DNA from: Nitrospirota bacterium | GTDB taxonomy: Bacteria > Nitrospirota > UBA9217 | Reading direction: 5' to 3' | DNA: 64,000 nucleotides | Assembly (NCBI GenBank): GCA_963740085.1 | Contig: CAVUCU010000001.1 | Span: forward strand, 96,001-160,000 | In this document: piece after piece, positions 49,844-59,309 of the stretch | Layout: each line of letters opens with the position of its first letter | Numbering within the stretch: position 1 is the stretch's first letter | The notes under the pieces: generated by a model | Seen by the model: the letters and a program-made list of their open reading frames with translations, nothing else | Database searches by the model: none | What the model was told of the DNA's origin: nothing | Made by a program: the position numbers and the translations under genes

Positions 49844-50197
49844 TGTGCCTCCTGATCTTCCCTTCCCGGGTTGCATAAGTCTCACTTCCTTATGAAGTAT
49901 AACAGACAAAGGGCTTATGCGCAATTAGTTATGTCATTATGTAAAGTTCAAGTTTGTCATAGACTCCCATGCAGGACTCGAACGACCAAAACTCATGTGA
50001 AAAATACAAGATGTACTGTACACCTTCAGGCCAATTCAGAAATCGTTAGGTTCAGGAAGACATTATTGCTCAATGGAATTTTACCTTAATTTAATGTTTC
50101 TTCGCATATAAGCCATTTTGCCAACAAAAGAGATCTCCTCTTTGGTAAGGGATTGCGTACTGAAAAGATTTCCGTATATGAATGATGATTCTACGTA

Positions 50198-50881
50198 TCA
50201 TTGATTAACTTTGAAGATCTCCAGTATGGACACAGAAGCGACTGCAATCGAGAAGGCGCAGACCGCCCTGAACAACTGAATTGGAACGCCGAAGAGCGGC
50301 GCTACGATCAGCCCTCCGCAGATTGCGTAAGCAGCCAGCCCAGCTGCTAATATGATGAGACCTCGATTTAATTTCTTATTGCCCAACGGCTTCATGGTAT
50401 TGATCAACGGGATAAGGCTAATCGCGCTGAGTGCTGATCCCATGAAGCCAAAGCTGTATCGAGCAATGAGTCCGGCTTGACGAATATCGGATATTTTGAA
50501 GAGATAAAGGGCGGCGAGATAAACAACAACCAGAATGGTCGGAATTGCCCTGGGGCTTTTGTTTTGGGAGTTTTTGTAGGTCAGTACGTTGATTCCAAAC
50601 TGCAACAGCAATACAAAAGAAAAAATCAGGAAAAGCTTAGAGGTATAGAGCAATCCGACATTTACTGGATCGCCGAGCGTTTTCTCAATGAACCTTGTCC
50701 AATCAATGATCTCGGTTATTCCGTGTGTGAGGCCGAAAGCGGCCAGCAACCAGAACGACGATACCAGAGTATACGATGTCGCCCTTGTAATGCCTGCGAT
50801 AACGAGAACCGACATCGCAAGAAAACTCGCGCCATAAATTAAATAGATGTAAAAGCGTACGTCACCAAACAATACAGCCAT
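50198..50881 (-). CDS. Stand-alone multi-pass membrane protein homologous to the sensor domain at 1..667
   Basis: IYGASF...WLLAAFGLTHGITE...ARYSFG...GVPIQLFRAVCA. Confidence 0.75.
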   Translation of the reverse strand: MAVLFGDVRFYIYLIYGASFLAMSVLVIAGITRATSYTLVSSFWLLAAFGLTHGITEIIDWTRFIEKTLGDPVNVGLLYTSKLFLIFSFVLLLQFGINVLTYKNSQNKSPRAIPTILVVVYLAALYLFKISDIRQAGLIARYSFGFMGSALSAISLIPLINTMKPLGNKKLNRGLIILAAGLAAYAICGGLIVAPLFGVPIQLFRAVCAFSIAVASVSILEIFKVNQ

Positions 50882-51126
50882 GCAGCCCTCTCGAGATCAA
50901 ATTATGATAGCATCAGCGAGGATGTAATGCTTTTTTGATAATTATAGATGAATCCGAGTGGCTAGTAAAGAGCAATGATTCAACATGTAATGTGCAATTT
51001 CAAAAAAAATGCAACGGCTGTTTAGTTCAGGAAGTTTTCTTGACAGGGGGCAACACGAACATCTTAGGGTCAGGTCTTTACTGTTGACATTCCCTTTTTC
51101 AAACCTTTCGGTCCTCTAAAAAGCCT

Positions 51127-52151
51127 TTACATCCTCACCACGATCTTCCCGAAGAACTGCCGGGAGAGCAGCTTTTCATAAGCCTTCCCGGCGTCTCTAA
51201 AGTCGAACACGGAGTCGATGACCGGCTTGAGTTTCGCCGGGGTCAGCTTCAGATACTGAAGAACAGCGGCCTTCGGACCCACGTAGACGCCGTGGATCGA
51301 AATGTTCTTTCCGAAGAGATAACGCAGGCTCACTTTTACCTCATCCCCGGAGGTCGCTCCGAAGGTCACGAGTTTGCCTCCGCGTTTGAGACACTCCAGG
51401 GACTTGTTGAAGGTGTCGGCGCCCACGTGGTCCACGGCGATGTCCGCAAGCTCGCCCTTCGTGACGCGCTTCACCGCTTCCGCAAAATCTTCCTTCCGGT
51501 GATTTATGACAAAGTCGGCGCCGAGTGCCTTCGCCTTTTCTGCCTTCCAGTCGTCGCCCACGGTCGTTATGACCGTCGCATGATAAAGTTTGGCGACCTG
51601 GATGAGCGCCGTGCCCACGCCGCTTCCCGCCGCGTGAATGAGGACCGCATCGCCCTGCCTGATGCCCGCGCGCATGACGAGCGAGTTCCACGCCGTGGTA
51701 TAGGTGACCCCGAAGCACGAGGCCTCCTCGAACGAGAGGCCTTCCGGCTTTTTGAAGATATTCCCTCCGGGCGCCGGACATATTCGGCGGACACGCCCGG
51801 CGTCGCGACGCCCAGGATGGAAAAGCCCGCGCATTCATTATCGCGGCCGCTCAGACACCGTTCGCACACGCCGCAGGAAAGCCCGGGGAAAACGATCACC
51901 TCGTCTCCCTGCTTCACATGCCGGACGCCTGGCCCGGCCTTTTCAACGATGCCCGAGGAATCGGAGGCGAAGATATGCGGAAGCGGTATCTTGACCGGAT
52001 AGCCGCCGCTCATGACCCAGACATCGAGATGGTTGAGGGAAAAGGCCTTGACCCTGACCATGACCTCGTTACCGGAGATCTCCGGCGCTGGAAGCTCGCC
52101 GACCTTGATCGCCTGATAACCCTTTTGTTCGTTGTAATAAAGAGCCTTCAT
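51127..52151 (-). CDS. MDR-family zinc-binding dehydrogenase or quinone oxidoreductase, split by a 1-nt frameshift near 51765
   Basis: SLNHLD, CGVCERC...C in the 5' ORF; AAGSGVG, GATSG, GKIVV in the 3' ORF. Confidence 0.85.
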
Positions 52152-52485
52152 GGACGTCTCGTTACCCTGCCTGCCAGTATACCTATCGGTAGCCATCAAT
52201 ACATCCCTGCTACATATATTTTTACGCTTCCGTGCAAGATCCGTCAAGCTATAAAACATCGTACCTGTCCTGCAGGATTTACAACCATACCCTCCCGATA
52301 CTAAAGCCCGTACCATTTTGGGGACGTTGTTGTTATTTGATAGATGAGAAATATCCGAGCGTACCCAAACCATCACATTAGTGTTTACGCAGACTAAAGC
52401 CCGCGCCTACCGATGCTAAGGTCAGACAAGGCGAGAATAACGCATTTTAATAGATGGGGCAATCGGGAACATCTTTCGGGGACGT

Positions 52486-52778
52486 TCTTGATCTCGCTCT
52501 ATCGGCAATACAGCAGTGTCCGGACCGGGCGAATGTCATGGCTCTTCATGTCAGCGGGCGCGGGAGTGATATTTTATACGTTCATTGGAGATTATGCGGG
52601 GATCGTCATCAAGGGCGGGTTCGTCCCGGACGTTGCAGGCCTGGCAAACAACAATGTCTTTCAGAAAGCCGTCGCCTCCTTTGTGCTTGTACACTTCGAC
52701 TGGTGGATTTTCTCTGCTGGAGAAGCGCTGATCATCCTGTCCGGTGTCGCGGTGTATGTGAGGACCATGAACAAATGA
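52486..52778 (+). pseudogene. Duplicated 3' fragment of the 48655..49383 gene
   Basis: Ungapped match to 49091..49383, about 32 mismatches by manual count. Confidence 0.85.
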
Positions 52779-52840
52779 TCGTTCAACGGGGCGGTCTGGA
52801 GCCCGAGCTGAAGGATCGGGTCATTTCCGTGAATTCCACA

Positions 52841-52876
52841 AACAAAGCAGGGCTCCGATTACAGAGCCCTGCTTGT
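52841..52876. terminator. Terminator hairpin after the DUF4382 gene
   Basis: AAGCAGGGCTC...GAGCCCTGCTT. Confidence 0.65.
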
Positions 52877-52890
52877 ATCTCGCAGCGTGG

Positions 52891-54096
52891 CTACGGTATC
52901 AGGGTAAAGTATTGAGTCACATCTCCCGCTGAAATGTCCTCATTGACGGATTGGGTCTGGTATCCGCTTGCTGACGCCTCGGCAGCGTACAGGCCTGCAG
53001 CTCCGGGTTGCGGCGCAAGTAAGATCGGGACCGTGCCGGCGCCATAACTTCCGAGCAGCGGAGGGACGATGGGGAGCGCGACCGAGTATGCCCCGGACAG
53101 CAGGTCTGCTCCCTGCGATCTCACGGTAACCGTCGGACCTGCCGTAAAGGTCTGCTTCGCCGCGAGATAAGCTACCGTATCCGTACCAGCCGGATTCAGC
53201 GTGATGGTGCCGCTGATGTTTTGCACGGACGAGGTCGGTAAACTGATCGGCGACGCGCTGGTGCTCGTGATCGTCGCGCCGGCCGTCCCGGTGGCGTTTG
53301 AGACCGGGACGCCGCTGATCACGGCCGTCGCGTGGCCGTCAGCGGTGATAACGACGTCATAGTTCCCCGCATCGAGGTGAGAAAGAAAGAACTCTCCAGT
53401 CAACTGGTCCGGCACCGTCGAACGAACTTCCACGCCGCCGACCTGTGCGGAAGCAATCACGTTGCTGCCAAGTAAGGAAGTATCGACGAACCCATCGATG
53501 CCGGTGAGCAGGGTCGGAATGACCTTGATCACGGGCTTCAGCGCGTAGCTGCCGTTGCCCCGCGTAACGATCGATTTTAAGGCATCGAAATCCAGCACGA
53601 GGTCGACGTGTTGACCGGGGGCCACATCGAACTCATGGATCAATTTAATACCGCTTTGCACCGCGCTCGGCGTAAAAAGCGGGATCTCGGTCGTTGTGCC
53701 GGAGGTCACCACCGAGTTGGCAATGTTCGTCCCAGTGTTCATGGATAGCACGAGGCGCAGTTGGGTATAATGACCCGCCGGAAGCGATGTCTGTCCAAGG
53801 TTGTCGAGCACTCCATTAGTCAAATTCAAAAGATTTATTTTCCGGGGTGGGGTGAGCGTGATGTCCGACCATCCGGAATCATTGTCCGAAGCCGTCGAGC
53901 TCTGGTGCACCCTGACCATGCTCACCGTCACGTGGACCGCGTCAAAACCGGTAGCCGGCGCATCGGTAATCGAAACGCTCAGGGTCCCAGATTGCTGGGT
54001 ACCCGATTGGTTACTGTTTGAGTTGCCGCATCCCGATGCAAGAACGGCCAGGATTGCCATAAAAGAGAGTGCTAAACACAGTTTGCAGTTATTCAT
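52891..54096 (-). CDS. DUF4382-domain lipoprotein
   Basis: Lipobox ASGC; LSVSITDAP...INLLNLTNG...AGHYTQLRL...LVLDFDA...LKPVI. Confidence 0.85.
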   Translation of the reverse strand: MNNCKLCLALSFMAILAVLASGCGNSNSNQSGTQQSGTLSVSITDAPATGFDAVHVTVSMVRVHQSSTASDNDSGWSDITLTPPRKINLLNLTNGVLDNLGQTSLPAGHYTQLRLVLSMNTGTNIANSVVTSGTTTEIPLFTPSAVQSGIKLIHEFDVAPGQHVDLVLDFDALKSIVTRGNGSYALKPVIKVIPTLLTGIDGFVDTSLLGSNVIASAQVGGVEVRSTVPDQLTGEFFLSHLDAGNYDVVITADGHATAVISGVPVSNATGTAGATITSTSASPISLPTSSVQNISGTITLNPAGTDTVAYLAAKQTFTAGPTVTVRSQGADLLSGAYSVALPIVPPLLGSYGAGTVPILLAPQPGAAGLYAAEASASGYQTQSVNEDISAGDVTQYFTLIP

Positions 54097-54306
54097 TTGA
54101 TTTCCCTCCTGCCATATTATTAAAACTAAGAAAATAGATGCTCTGAAATAGATTCTACATCGTTTTTTGTATGCTGACAGCTTTTAGTATCAATAAGACG
54201 AATAAAAAATGAAAAGGTTACAATAAAGGTTGGAACGGAAAGCATAGTATAAACAATGAAGGTATTTGATTTTTTGGGGAAAGCGTCGTTGAATCGATCA
54301 GGGATT

Positions 54307-55515
54307 CTATTTCTTTAATAATTCACTGATAGCGGTAATGACTGCAGCGGCAACTTGCGTTTTCGGCAGGGTCGGAACCTCGGTCCTCTTCCCGGACCGG
54401 TCAATGATCGTCACGGCGTTCGTATCAACGCCGAACCCCGATCCGCTCTTGAGCAGGTCATTGACGACTATCATATCAAGCTTTTTGTCTTTCAGCTTTT
54501 TCTCGGCGTTCCGTTCAACGTCGTCGGTTTCTGCGGCAAACCCTACCAGCATTCGCTTTCCCCCGGCCTTGCCGAGTTCGAGCAGGATATCCTCGGTCCG
54601 TTCAAGCTGAAGCGTCTGGGCCGCGTCTTCTTTTTTTATCTTACGGTCCGACGTCTGGAGAGGTTTGAAGTCGGATACCGCCGCGGCCATGATCACGATA
54701 TGACTGCGATCGAGATGCTCCGTTACCGCACGATGCATCTCCCCGGCGCTGACCACGGATACCACTTTCATTCCGCGCGGCGGCGCAAGCTGTGTGGGGC
54801 CGGATATCAGGATAACCTCCGCACCCCGGTCCCGCGCCGCAGCGGCAAGCGCATATCCCATTTTCCCCGTTGAGGGATTGCTGATAAAACGGACCGCGTC
54901 AATGAACTCTCGTGTCGGCCCCGCCGTTACGAGAACGGTCTTCCCCGCAAGGTCTTTTGATGTCAGGAGAGCCGCAACCTCCCGGAGTATCAGGTCGGTG
55001 TCCGCAAGCCTGCCCTGCCCCGTAGTTCCGCAGGCAAGGTCGCCGGTACCGGGTTCGACAAACCTTACGCCGGAATCCTTCAGCACCGAAATGTTTTTCT
55101 GGAGACGGGGATTTCGGTACATACGGTCATTCATGGCCGGCGCGATGAGGAGCGGGCAGTCGATGGCCATCAGGGCTGAGGTCAGGGCGTCGTCCGCGAT
55201 GCCTGCGGCGATCTTGCCGATGATGTTCGCCGTGGCCGGAGCGACGAGAGAGAGGTCCAGACCATCGGTGATCTCGATGTGTCCGATGGCTCCCTGCTCT
55301 CTGTCCCAGAACTCATCATACAACACCAGTCCGCGCGAGAGCGTCTCAAAGGTCAGCCGCGAGACAAAGTGCTCCGCGTTCCTCGTCATCGCGACGCGCA
55401 CCTCGGCACCCTGCTCCGACAGCCTTCGCAGCAGGTCCACCGCCTTATATGCCGCGATACTGCCGGACACGCCGAGAAGGATCCGTTTCCCTGCTAAAAG
55501 GTCACTCTGCGACAC
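54307..55515 (-). CDS. coaBC: Bifunctional phosphopantothenoylcysteine decarboxylase/synthetase
   Basis: GSIAAYK, APATAN, PAMN, TAGPTRE, STGKMG, AAVSD, GFAAET. Confidence 0.97.
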   Translation of the reverse strand: MSQSDLLAGKRILLGVSGSIAAYKAVDLLRRLSEQGAEVRVAMTRNAEHFVSRLTFETLSRGLVLYDEFWDREQGAIGHIEITDGLDLSLVAPATANIIGKIAAGIADDALTSALMAIDCPLLIAPAMNDRMYRNPRLQKNISVLKDSGVRFVEPGTGDLACGTTGQGRLADTDLILREVAALLTSKDLAGKTVLVTAGPTREFIDAVRFISNPSTGKMGYALAAAARDRGAEVILISGPTQLAPPRGMKVVSVVSAGEMHRAVTEHLDRSHIVIMAAAVSDFKPLQTSDRKIKKEDAAQTLQLERTEDILLELGKAGGKRMLVGFAAETDDVERNAEKKLKDKKLDMIVVNDLLKSGSGFGVDTNAVTIIDRSGKRTEVPTLPKTQVAAAVITAISELLKK

Positions 55516-55527
55516 GCCTGAAACTCC

Positions 55528-55983
55528 TTATTCCTCGGTCTCATCCGTATGCTCGGAAGATTCCTCAACCGCATCTTCGTCGCCGTGGCCCTCTCCCTCA
55601 GGCTCTTCAGTTCCCTCTTCAACCCCTTCTTCGGAACCCTCTTCATCAGCGGACTCTGAAAGATAAGCGCTGAGTTCCTTGCGGATCTCCTCTTCCTTGG
55701 CCGAAAGCTGGGCATCGGCCTTCGCCCGCTCTTCGCGCTTGCGGAACTCTTCCTTGGCCACATTGGCCGCTTCCCCGATGATGATCTTGAACTTTCCCGC
55801 GACAGCCTCTTCCAGCGCGACGGTCGTGTCCTTGATGGAGTGCGTGGTAACCTGCATCGGGGCCCCGGCGGAGAGCTGCCTCACCCGCTGGGACGCGATG
55901 TGCACCAGGCGGAACTTTGTATCGGCAATTGTGTCCTTCATCTCGATGGGGAGAGAGATCAGATCTTCTGCTGCGTTTTGCAT
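55528..55983 (-). CDS. rpoZ: RNA polymerase omega subunit with acidic C-terminal extension
   Basis: KFRLVHIASQRVRQL...KDTTVALEE; located between gmk and coaBC. Confidence 0.85.
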   Translation of the reverse strand: MQNAAEDLISLPIEMKDTIADTKFRLVHIASQRVRQLSAGAPMQVTTHSIKDTTVALEEAVAGKFKIIIGEAANVAKEEFRKREERAKADAQLSAKEEEIRKELSAYLSESADEEGSEEGVEEGTEEPEGEGHGDEDAVEESSEHTDETEE

Positions 55984-56022
55984 TGTGTACCTCCTCGAAT
56001 TGTAAGTCGTAAAGTCAATAAT

Positions 56023-56102
56023 TAACCACAGAGAACACAGAGATGGTCATGAATGAACTATTCGGATTTCCCCGATCATACATCAGTGTGCCCTGTGGTT
56101 AT
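56023..56102. repeat. 9-nt-periodic inverted-repeat element
   Basis: AACCACAGAGAACACAGAG opposite CAGTGTGCCCTGTGGTT. Confidence 0.65.
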
Positions 56103-56112
56103 GTTTTTTAAA

Positions 56113-56721
56113 TTAAAATATCCCTTCGATCCACGTGGTATCCATAAGCCCGACGCGGCATCGTTCCGCGATAACAATGGACCGCAGTTCGGTGAGCGCC
56201 CGGTCGAAATCCCGGTTGACAATAAGGTAGTCGTACATGGCGTAGTCCTTGATCTCTTCGCGCGACCGTTTCATCCGTCTCCGGATCTCGTCCTCGTTGT
56301 CCGACTTGCGGTTCCTGAGCCGTTCCTCGAGGATATCGAGCGACGGCGGCATGATAAAAATGAACACCGCGGTGGCATATTTTTCCTTGATCTGTTTTGC
56401 CCCCTGCGTGTCGATATCGAGAATTATATCACGGCCCTTCGAGACCATGACGTCCAGCACCCTTCGCGACGTCCCATAGAGGTTCGAGTGGACCTCGGCC
56501 CATTCCGCGAAATCGCCCGCCTGGATCATTTCCCGGAACCGCGCCTCGCTCACGAAATAGTAGTCCCTCCCGTCGATCTCGCCGTTCCGCGGTTTGCGCG
56601 TGGCATAGGAAACCGAGTGGGTAAGCTTCTCCAGCGAGTCGGTAATGGCCCGGCACAGGCTGGTCTTGCCCGCGCCCGACGGCGCGGAAACCACGAACAG
56701 CAGTCCCTGCTTTCTCTTCAT
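56113..56721 (-). CDS. gmk: Guanylate kinase
   Basis: [30 protein letters not shown]. Confidence 0.96.
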   Translation of the reverse strand: MKRKQGLLFVVSAPSGAGKTSLCRAITDSLEKLTHSVSYATRKPRNGEIDGRDYYFVSEARFREMIQAGDFAEWAEVHSNLYGTSRRVLDVMVSKGRDIILDIDTQGAKQIKEKYATAVFIFIMPPSLDILEERLRNRKSDNEDEIRRRMKRSREEIKDYAMYDYLIVNRDFDRALTELRSIVIAERCRVGLMDTTWIEGIF

Positions 56722-56969
56722 GGCTCGCTCCCGGTGGAAAATCTCTGCATCAGGGTCTCGACCTGCACCGCGGAGAGAATGACATGGTCGCTGTCGGTGA
56801 TGATGATGGCCCTGGTCTTTCTCCCCTGGGTGGCGTCTAGCAGCCGCTTCTGTTCTTTGGCCTCATCCTTGAGCCGCCGCATGGGCGCCGAGTCGGGAGA
56901 AAGGACAGCAACGACCTTTGTCGCCATCACCATGTTGCCGTATCCGATATTGACGAGGTTATTCAGCAT
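56718..56969 (-). CDS. remA: DUF370/RemA family protein
   Basis: NIGYGN...PDSAP...[23 protein letters not shown]. Confidence 0.9.
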   Translation of the reverse strand: MLNNLVNIGYGNMVMATKVVAVLSPDSAPMRRLKDEAKEQKRLLDATQGRKTRAIIITDSDHVILSAVQVETLMQRFSTGSEP

Positions 56970-56972
56970 GGA

Positions 56973-57854
56973 TCACTCGATATTCTGGACCTGTTCGCGT
57001 ATCTTTTCCAGCTCCGCCTTGACATTCACCACATCCATGGATATCTGCGCGTCCATGGCCTTGGATGCGATGGTGTTCACTTCTCTTCCCATCTCCTGCA
57101 GCAGAAAATCGAGTTTCCTGCCCACGGCTTCACGCATGGAACCGCCCAGCAATGACCGGAATTGCGTCATGTGGCACTCCAGACGGGTGAGCTCCTCGGT
57201 AACGTCCGTACGCTCCGCGAGGACCGCTATTTCCTGCGCCAGCCTGAGCGGATCAGGTTGTTCGGTCAGCAGCCGGTTCAGGGTTTCCGTCATTCGCTTG
57301 CGCGTGTTCTCAATGGTGACCGGCACCTGGACGCGGATGGCCCGGCCAGCTCGTTCTATGGTATCGAGGCGCTCGACGATATCCCGCGCCAGAAGAGCGC
57401 CTTCTTCATTGCGCATCAGATCGAGCTCATCAAGCGCCTGCGACATGCCTTTTGACAGGATCTGCCACAGGTTCTCCGGGTCATCCTTTTCCTCGGTCAT
57501 CGTGATGAGGTCCGTCAAACCAGCCACCAGCGAGAGATCCACCTCTCCGCTCAACCCGAACCGTTTCTTGAGGTCCTCCAGTATCCCGATGTACTGCGCC
57601 GCCAGCGCTTCGTTCACGACAAGCCTGCCGCCGCTTTCGCGTTCGCTGTCCCGGATCACGGAGACATCGAATCTTCCCCGGAAAAAACGCTCCTGAACGG
57701 TCTTTTTCACCCGCGATTCCAGTACCGCAAGCCCCCGGGGCATCTTTATCTGGATATCCAGGTAACGGTTGTTCAGCGAACGGATCTCTATGGAAAAATG
57801 ACTTCCTGCATCGCCCGTTTCGGTGCGGCCATAACCCGTCATGCTGCGTATCAT
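56973..57854 (-). CDS. yicC: YicC/YloC family endoribonuclease
   Basis: SMTGYG, RSLNNRYL, EELTRL, GRKLDFLLQEMGREVNT, IREQVQNIE. Confidence 0.95.
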   Translation of the reverse strand: MIRSMTGYGRTETGDAGSHFSIEIRSLNNRYLDIQIKMPRGLAVLESRVKKTVQERFFRGRFDVSVIRDSERESGGRLVVNEALAAQYIGILEDLKKRFGLSGEVDLSLVAGLTDLITMTEEKDDPENLWQILSKGMSQALDELDLMRNEEGALLARDIVERLDTIERAGRAIRVQVPVTIENTRKRMTETLNRLLTEQPDPLRLAQEIAVLAERTDVTEELTRLECHMTQFRSLLGGSMREAVGRKLDFLLQEMGREVNTIASKAMDAQISMDVVNVKAELEKIREQVQNIE

Positions 57855-57876
57855 TGTTTATCCACCTTACTGGAAC

Positions 57877-57990
57877 CTAGAGCAAACGCACTGATAATTG
57901 TTACATTCCTACGAAATCCCCCTCTCCCCGCCGGGGAGAGGATTAAGGTGAGGGGCCGAAAACGTATCAAAATTAAATGCGTTTGTTTAG
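57877..57990. repeat. Nested REP-like element (CCCTCTCCC/GGGAGAGG type)
   Basis: Outer CTAGAGCAAACGCA...TGCGTTTGTTTAG; inner CCCCTCTCCCCGCCGGGGAGAGGATTAAGGTGAGGGG. Confidence 0.7.
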
Positions 57991-58033
57991 TTTACGCTTC
58001 GATATCCGCAATGTCAAACGGTCCCGCGTCGCA

Positions 58034-58429
58034 TTAGAACTTTCTCGCATAATCCTCTTCAATGACCGGCGTAAAATGGAAGGTCCTGACGGTGTACGGC
58101 GGATAGACGTCAAAAAAGAAATGGAGTTCCACATCCCACGCCGTGCTGATCTTCATCCGGTGCGTATCGTCATCCCGCACCAGCTTAAAATCGTCCGGAC
58201 CGAGCGGCAGGCCTATTTCTTTCGCCTTTTTCTCAAGAGCAGACAGTATTTCCTCGTCTTTCGTGGTCTGCGCAAAGCGGGCCTGGCCGACCATTTCGTC
58301 CTTCATCTCTTCCGCATCAATGTACATCGGTATAACTTTGGCGCCAACATGAATGATGATAAATAAAAGCAGCACTATAAGGATGACTTTATAACTGACC
58401 ATCCCGCTGTCCTTCGAAAGAATGGACAA
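58034..58429 (-). CDS. DUF4845-like single-pass membrane protein
   Basis: TTG with AAGGAGG RBS; G|M followed by a hydrophobic helix, KVIPMY; directly downstream of lepB. Confidence 0.65.
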   Translation of the reverse strand: MSILSKDSGMVSYKVILIVLLLFIIIHVGAKVIPMYIDAEEMKDEMVGQARFAQTTKDEEILSALEKKAKEIGLPLGPDDFKLVRDDDTHRMKISTAWDVELHFFFDVYPPYTVRTFHFTPVIEEDYARKF

Positions 58430-58449
58430 TGGCGTTTCCTCCTTCTTTT

Positions 58450-59163
58450 CTATCGTATCAGCGTACCTATCCGCTCCCAGCGAACCCAACGGCCGTTTCC
58501 ATCCCATGACCAGTAGATGATGAGAGCCCGGCCGAGTATCTTTTCCTCCTTCACGAAACCCCAGAACCGGCTGTCCTGGCTGTTATCGCGATTATCTCCC
58601 ATCACAAATACCGAATCAGCCGGCACCAGCTTGGGACCGAAATCATAACCCGACTGGTCGTGAAGATATAAAATGTCGTGTTTGACGCTGCCAAGTTGTT
58701 CTTCATACAGCTTCGGCTTTTCATAATATGGCGAGCCGTCTCCCTGCTCACCTTCCTTGAACTCACCTTGCGGGATGACCGGCACGGGCTGATCATTGAT
58801 GAACAAGATCCCCTTTTTGATCTCGATCTTGTCACCCGGCAGGCCGATGACGCGTTTAATGAAGTTTTTTGATTCGTTCTCGGGATACTTAAAAACGATG
58901 ATATCACCGCGCTTCGGCTCTTTCCATTTGAATATCCTGATATCCGTAAACGGTATCCGGGGGCCATAGACGAACTTGTTCACCAACAGGTGATCGCCGA
59001 TGTCGAGCGTCGGGATCATCGATCCCGACGGGATCTTGAATGCCTCGACCACAAACTGTCGAATGAACAAAGCCACGACCGCCGCGATGAGAAACGGTTC
59101 GATCCATTCCTTGTAAAATGATTTGTGCTTCACTTCTTGTTTCTGTTCTGATGACGACATCAT
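58450..59163 (-). CDS. lepB: Signal peptidase I
   Basis: IPSGSMIPTL, RGDIIVF, FIKRVIGLPGD, MGDNRDNSQDSR. Confidence 0.96.
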   Translation of the reverse strand: MMSSSEQKQEVKHKSFYKEWIEPFLIAAVVALFIRQFVVEAFKIPSGSMIPTLDIGDHLLVNKFVYGPRIPFTDIRIFKWKEPKRGDIIVFKYPENESKNFIKRVIGLPGDKIEIKKGILFINDQPVPVIPQGEFKEGEQGDGSPYYEKPKLYEEQLGSVKHDILYLHDQSGYDFGPKLVPADSVFVMGDNRDNSQDSRFWGFVKEEKILGRALIIYWSWDGNGRWVRWERIGTLIR

Positions 59164-59192
59164 ACCTCCGGGACGGCCTGAGAAACGGCCGT

Positions 59193-59296
59193 AATTGTAA
59201 ATTGAAAATTGGAAATTGGAAATTGGAAATTTAAAAATGATAACCATGGAAGCGCCGGGTTTCCCGCTTTAAATTTCCAGTTTACAATTTCCAATT
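59193..59296. repeat. 7-nt-periodic inverted-repeat element between lepA and lepB
   Basis: AATTGTA AATTGAA (AATTGGA)3 AATTTAAA opposite TTTAAATT TCCAGTT TACAATT TCCAATT. Confidence 0.85.
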
Positions 59297-59309
59297 AGTT
59301 TTTCTGACA

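Noticed and set aside
52413-52778. 121-aa ORF as an intact gene
   Set aside because: Its 3' part is a duplicated fragment of 48655..49383 and the N-terminus is unrelated sequence
56053-57696. 547-aa plus-strand ORF
   Set aside because: Antisense shadow of gmk, remA and yicC with no recognisable motifs. The same applies to 42948..44141, 40722..41678, 28980..29855 and 54794..55666.
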